DNA of 64,000 bases from positions 384,001-448,000 of the forward strand of contig OY769902.1 in NCBI GenBank assembly GCA_963669175.1, given 5' to 3'. The position numbers and the translations under genes were made by a program. How positions within the stretch are numbered: the stretch's first letter is position 1; each line of letters opens with the position of its first letter. A model generated the notes under the pieces. It saw nothing but the letters and a program-made list of their open reading frames with translations. It was not told the origin of the DNA and made no database searches. Source of the stretch: a bacterium (GTDB lineage: Bacteria > Electryoneota > Electryoneia > Electryoneales > Electryoneaceae). Shown here piece after piece: positions 59,833 through 64,000 of the stretch.

Positions 59833-62484
59833 TCAGAACAGAATCCGAAAAACTGCTTCCTGTCTACCAGCCGTAAAAGAGATTGTTGACCGGTACCACC
59901 CGCCGGCCATCTGTTTTGTTGCCATCTCCGTTTCATACACCTCACAGGCAACCTGTTTCGGCGGTTCGGGCGATACCAGGGTTACCTGAGTTTCTCGGCC
60001 CGTCACCCCTTCGCACGCCACGATGAATTGCTTTTCGCCAGCGTCCCAGCTTGCCTGGCGCAGGAACCCGGTAAGGTCTTCAACATAAGGTGCGGTCGGA
60101 GTACCACGAACGAAACGGACCGAGTCAGCCTGTTCAAACAACACGGCAGCATACACAGGATGACCATCTGCCTCAAGGCTGGTGAAAGCAGCTCCGGAAC
60201 CGGTGATCGTTACCTGTTCCGGGTGACCATTCACTACCAACATGAATGTGTCCGAAATCCGTCCTTCCGGGATATCCGGTGTATCTGGCACAAGGCGGAC
60301 ATGCCAGGGTGTTTCACGTACCCCCCGCAATTCATAGAGACAGTGCTCAAACCAGCCGCCCATCCAGAGGAAAGTCGGTTTGTCCACCTTGCCGTACAGC
60401 TCGGATTCCGGGTCAGCGTAACGGTATTCGTAAAACGACCTCTGTCCGCCGGGGCTGTTCGCCACACCATCCACTGTCAGGTTATTTGAAAGCGCGTTGT
60501 AGGCATCGTCCAGCCGTCCCTGGTGAATCAACGCCAGCACATACCACGCCGTGCCCTGGGACCACACGCCACCGTTGAAATATTTGTACGGTGCGCCGAC
60601 TTCGCCCTCAAGGTAACGGTAGCGTTCTTCCAGTCCCTGGAAATCGTGCGGCATGGCGTTACGAATCCCCAGGTTCGGGTCCAGCAGTTCACGTTCCGCA
60701 GTCGCCAGCAGTTTTCCCGAAAGGGTTGAGTCCAGCAGGTCAAACCACACCGATGTCAACGACCCGGAGAAATAATGCCTGTCCCATTCCCCCTCGTTGA
60801 TGTTCAGCAGATACTCCGCATCCTCATCCCACAGGCGCGGCAGGTTGGCCTGCAAGGTGTCTGCGATGTTTAAATGTTCGGCAATATTGCGGTTCGTTCG
60901 TTCAAGCTTTTGCAGCATGCCGCCGTACTCACGCAGCGCACGGCAGGTCAGGACAGTGAGATAGGTCTTGGGACCGGGCACTTTTCCGATATCCCACCAG
61001 TCGGGCCTGCTGCCGTGCATGAGCCCGTCATCCCCTAGCTGGCTCAAGACTGCCTTTACACTCGCATCCACAATCGGGAGCAGCTTCTGCACCGTTTCCA
61101 CATCCCCGGAATGACGCAGGTATTTAGCCGTCAGCAGGATAAACCAGAGATGATTCCAACTGTCCGCACCGCAATACTCGGATACATACTCACCATCCCT
61201 GAAATAGCGCGCATGGACCAGTGTGGCGCCCGGTTCCGTGAGTTTGCGGATGAAATTCAGGTCGTGCTTAACGGAATCTGTGTTGGAATAAACCTGTCCC
61301 AAATCGTTGACCAACACGTCATGAGTGAAGAAGAAATTGTATTGCGCCGGGCAGGGCATGTTGATGTGTGATTGTTCGAACGGGTGGTAGGTCGCTTTAA
61401 ATACTTTCCTGGCCCAGATTTGAGTTTGTAATGTCCAATCGATGGATTGGCTGGCTCCTGGTCGATATACTGGAATGTCAATATAAAGCTCCGGCATGGG
61501 TCTGGGGCAGGCACAAGTATAAAGATATCGTTCTGATAATTCGATGATATTGGTCGTTGATGTCTTTGTTCCTGACGAGTCTGTTTTTTCTGGGGTCATG
61601 GACTCTGCCCAGAGAAGGTATTCATAATTGACCGAATCTCCGGGTTCGAGATGAATCGGAAGCCACCCCTCAACAACCTGGTTTTCTATTCCGGATGAAT
61701 CAGTCCCGTGAACTATTCTCCAATCAGTTCTGATTAGACCCTTTGTTTTCTTGTCAGTATCCCCTCCCGTGTCCCGGCTGATAATGTCCCATTCTGACTC
61801 CCACGGCGCCGTTGAACCCGGTCTTCTTCCCAGGTTTTCCACCATCAATAGCACACGTGTAGAATCGGTGTCTTCATAGGGATATTTAAGCTGTATAAAA
61901 TCCAGATTGTACGTTCCGGTATCCAAATCCTGGTTTATCTCGGTAGGATATCGCCAGTTATATGAGTGACAGGTTCGAACGGCAGTATTCATATGGATAG
62001 TCAGATAACCATCAATTGGAATCAATGTTGTGTTTTGTAGTTTTAGCCTTGCCTGCATGGCAACAGTGCGACTGAAGCCCAGCTTCATATCATAGTTCAC
62101 GCCTGTTTTCATTTCACCAAACGTACCATTGAAATACGCATGAAGCGGTGTCCATTCGCAGTCAAATGGACGGCTGCCAAGCGTGTCCAGCGCCGGGCCA
62201 TCCTTGGTTTCATGCAGGGTGAAGAAGAAGACGCGCGAGGTGTCACGTGTCCAGTAGTCATGGCTGACATCCATACTGTTCGCTACCGGATCGTAGAAGG
62301 AGATGCGTGACGGCGCCGGCAGGTTATGATGGAATTCCATCCCGATGGCGCCGTACCCGATTTCCATGGAACTCAGTTTGTCCTTCAGTGTAGTCACTTC
62401 AATGGAATAGGATGGTGTAGACGGAAAGGATATCAGGCAGACAACCAGGAACCCCACAAGGGTCACAATGGCAATAGCACGCAT
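59833..62484 (-). CDS. Exported unclassified glycoside hydrolase with a probable (alpha/alpha)6 catalytic domain
   Basis: Signal peptide, AGGAGG RBS; CPAQYNFFFTHD, YLRHSGD, RPDWWD, LWDEDAEY, YFNGGVW, FYEY, FLWMGG; pattern resembles GH94/GH63/amylo-glucosidase-like barrels. Confidence 0.62.
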   Translation of the reverse strand: MRAIAIVTLVGFLVVCLISFPSTPSYSIEVTTLKDKLSSMEIGYGAIGMEFHHNLPAPSRISFYDPVANSMDVSHDYWTRDTSRVFFFTLHETKDGPALDTLGSRPFDCEWTPLHAYFNGTFGEMKTGVNYDMKLGFSRTVAMQARLKLQNTTLIPIDGYLTIHMNTAVRTCHSYNWRYPTEINQDLDTGTYNLDFIQLKYPYEDTDSTRVLLMVENLGRRPGSTAPWESEWDIISRDTGGDTDKKTKGLIRTDWRIVHGTDSSGIENQVVEGWLPIHLEPGDSVNYEYLLWAESMTPEKTDSSGTKTSTTNIIELSERYLYTCACPRPMPELYIDIPVYRPGASQSIDWTLQTQIWARKVFKATYHPFEQSHINMPCPAQYNFFFTHDVLVNDLGQVYSNTDSVKHDLNFIRKLTEPGATLVHARYFRDGEYVSEYCGADSWNHLWFILLTAKYLRHSGDVETVQKLLPIVDASVKAVLSQLGDDGLMHGSRPDWWDIGKVPGPKTYLTVLTCRALREYGGMLQKLERTNRNIAEHLNIADTLQANLPRLWDEDAEYLLNINEGEWDRHYFSGSLTSVWFDLLDSTLSGKLLATAERELLDPNLGIRNAMPHDFQGLEERYRYLEGEVGAPYKYFNGGVWSQGTAWYVLALIHQGRLDDAYNALSNNLTVDGVANSPGGQRSFYEYRYADPESELYGKVDKPTFLWMGGWFEHCLYELRGVRETPWHVRLVPDTPDIPEGRISDTFMLVVNGHPEQVTITGSGAAFTSLEADGHPVYAAVLFEQADSVRFVRGTPTAPYVEDLTGFLRQASWDAGEKQFIVACEGVTGRETQVTLVSPEPPKQVACEVYETEMATKQMAGGWYRSTISFTAGRQEAVFRILF

Positions 62485-62559
62485 TTTTCCTCCTGTTCAA
62501 GCCGGCAAGAGAATGTACACTATTCCCACATCATTCGCGCATATTTCACAGCAGAACAG

Positions 62560-62597
62560 AAAAAAAGCGTCCGGCCTTCGTAAGAAGACCGAACGCT
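62560..62597 (-). terminator. Intrinsic terminator
   Basis: Minus strand AGCGTTCGGTCTTC-TTAC-GAAGGCCGGACGCT-TTTTTT directly after the sorting-domain gene. Confidence 0.8.
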
Positions 62598-62621
62598 GAA
62601 TAACGTCAAGTAAAGAATCGC

Positions 62622-64000
62622 TTACTTCACCAGTACCATCCGTTTCAGATCGGTGAACTGACCGGCCTTGATCTGGTAGAAGTAGACACCGCTGGCGAGG
62701 TTGTTAGCGTCGAAGGAGACGGAGTGGAATCCGGCTTCCATGCGACGGTTGTCAACCAGGCGGGTGACTTCCTGACCCATCACGTTGTAGACAGTCAGTT
62801 GTACGTTCTGCGGGTCAACCAGGTCAAAGTGAATGCTGGTCAACGGATTGAACGGGTTCGGGTAGTTCTGATGCAGAGCGTAGGCCATCGGCATCTCACC
62901 CATGGTTTCATCGACATCAATGTCAACGAAGATAACCATCAGGTCAACCAATGGCGGGCTGCACCAGTACGGGCCCTGGAGTACGATTTCAGCGGAAATT
63001 TCGCTGTTGGGTTCGAAGCCAAGCTCTTGCGCCTTGCCGGCACGCACATCGACCTCAACAGTAATCGTTTGGGTTTCGGACGGCTGAATCTGACCTTCTG
63101 ACGGCGTCAGGTACAACCATGACAGCGGCGCAATGTAGCCTTCCCAGACATCGATGATATCGCTGCTTCCCTGTATCAGGGTAGCAATATCATATCGTGC
63201 CGAGTTGTAGCCACGCGTAATCTCCATACCACCGGCGGAACCGGCATCGGCTTCATAAATCACCTGCCAGTCTGTATCCCACTCGAAGGTTTCGGGATTG
63301 TACCGGTGAATGATACCACCTTCACCATGTTCATCCTGCGACAACGCCCAGATGGTATAGCCATCTTCATCGATCGGGTTGTAAGCCAGACCAAGTGTGG
63401 CGCCCATGTCGTCGTCAAGGTTCAGGTTGGCCGTATTGCCGGATTCAATGTCGTACACGACAAATCCGGAACCGCTCTGGATGGCGTAAATCTTTCCTTC
63501 GTCAGGATCAATTGCCAGCGCCATGGGCCAGATACCTACGTTCGCTTCCCAGGTGACTTCTGTCATATCCGGGTTAAAGCTGTAGATATCGCCGTTGTTG
63601 TTGCCACCGTAAAGCTTTTCATCAATACGGTTGTATGCCAGATCCAATGGACCGCCGCCGTTGTTGCCGATTACGTCATCCGGCCACGCACGGGCTGCTA
63701 CGGGGTTACCATCCGATGTGAATTCGTACAGGTAGTTTTCACCTTCGATCATGCCATCGATGTCAACACCCGTCACGAAGATGCCATCTTCAAGAACCGC
63801 CACACCAACCAGACCATCATTCATGGTCAGGGAACCAACATCCAGGGTAAAGATGTAGTCGAACAATTCATCCAGCTCGCCTGCTGCCTGAACCGGTCCA
63901 ATACCCGGGGTGCTGAAGCTCAATGTTGATGGGTCTGTAGATGACGATGTTGTTTTACGCATCATACGGCCGTTGTCCCTTGACCGTGGTCCGGCCGTTA
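62622..64000 (-). CDS. Secreted protein with beta-propeller-like region and C-terminal T9SS-A/FlgD-like sorting domain; N-terminus outside the window
   Basis: LDLAYN/PMALAIDP/LGLAYNP blades; YALHQNYPNPFNPLTSIHFDL..VYNVMGQEV..LASGVYFYQI; the frame stays open to the window end. Confidence 0.85.
   Translation of the reverse strand, partial: TAGPRSRDNGRMMRKTTSSSTDPSTLSFSTPGIGPVQAAGELDELFDYIFTLDVGSLTMNDGLVGVAVLEDGIFVTGVDIDGMIEGENYLYEFTSDGNPVAARAWPDDVIGNNGGGPLDLAYNRIDEKLYGGNNNGDIYSFNPDMTEVTWEANVGIWPMALAIDPDEGKIYAIQSGSGFVVYDIESGNTANLNLDDDMGATLGLAYNPIDEDGYTIWALSQDEHGEGGIIHRYNPETFEWDTDWQVIYEADAGSAGGMEITRGYNSARYDIATLIQGSSDIIDVWEGYIAPLSWLYLTPSEGQIQPSETQTITVEVDVRAGKAQELGFEPNSEISAEIVLQGPYWCSPPLVDLMVIFVDIDVDETMGEMPMAYALHQNYPNPFNPLTSIHFDLVDPQNVQLTVYNVMGQEVTRLVDNRRMEAGFHSVSFDANNLASGVYFYQIKAGQFTDLKRMVLVK

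Overview
Bacterial chromosome window, probably from an FCB-superphylum lineage outside Bacteroidota (Calditrichota/Marinisomatota/Electryoneota-like). This is inferred from the 'QN(Y/F)PNPFN' C-terminal sorting domains, a PorV/PorQ-type barrel and a TonB receptor with no SusD partner. Four blocks are present. (1) 1-9475, minus strand: alternative complex III operon actA-B-C-D-E-F, running into a CcoI/FixI-type P1B ATPase cut by the window edge. (2) 9972-26212: a chemosensory/signalling island with two paralogous multi-PAS hybrid kinases flanking a receiver-HNH(McrA-like) fusion, two multi-HAMP chemoreceptors and a two-Hpt CheA, plus a secreted ankyrin protein. (3) 26762-34706: a mevalonate operon (IDI-2, HMG-CoA reductase-mevalonate kinase fusion, MvaD, PMK), cobO and an orphan REC-CheB. 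(4) 35341-64000: a LacI-controlled locus, probably for beta-mannoside use (GH130, ABC, TBDR, PorV-like, GH2, DUF1861/GT108-like, two unclassified (alpha/alpha)6-like enzymes), with perfect palindromic operators. Many spacers, including some inside operons, carry one of at least four families of structured repeats. The best leads are the REC-HNH chemosensory output protein, the beta-1,2-mannan-type SusD-less locus, and the intergenic inverted-repeat families. All protein calls come from motifs read by eye, not database searches.
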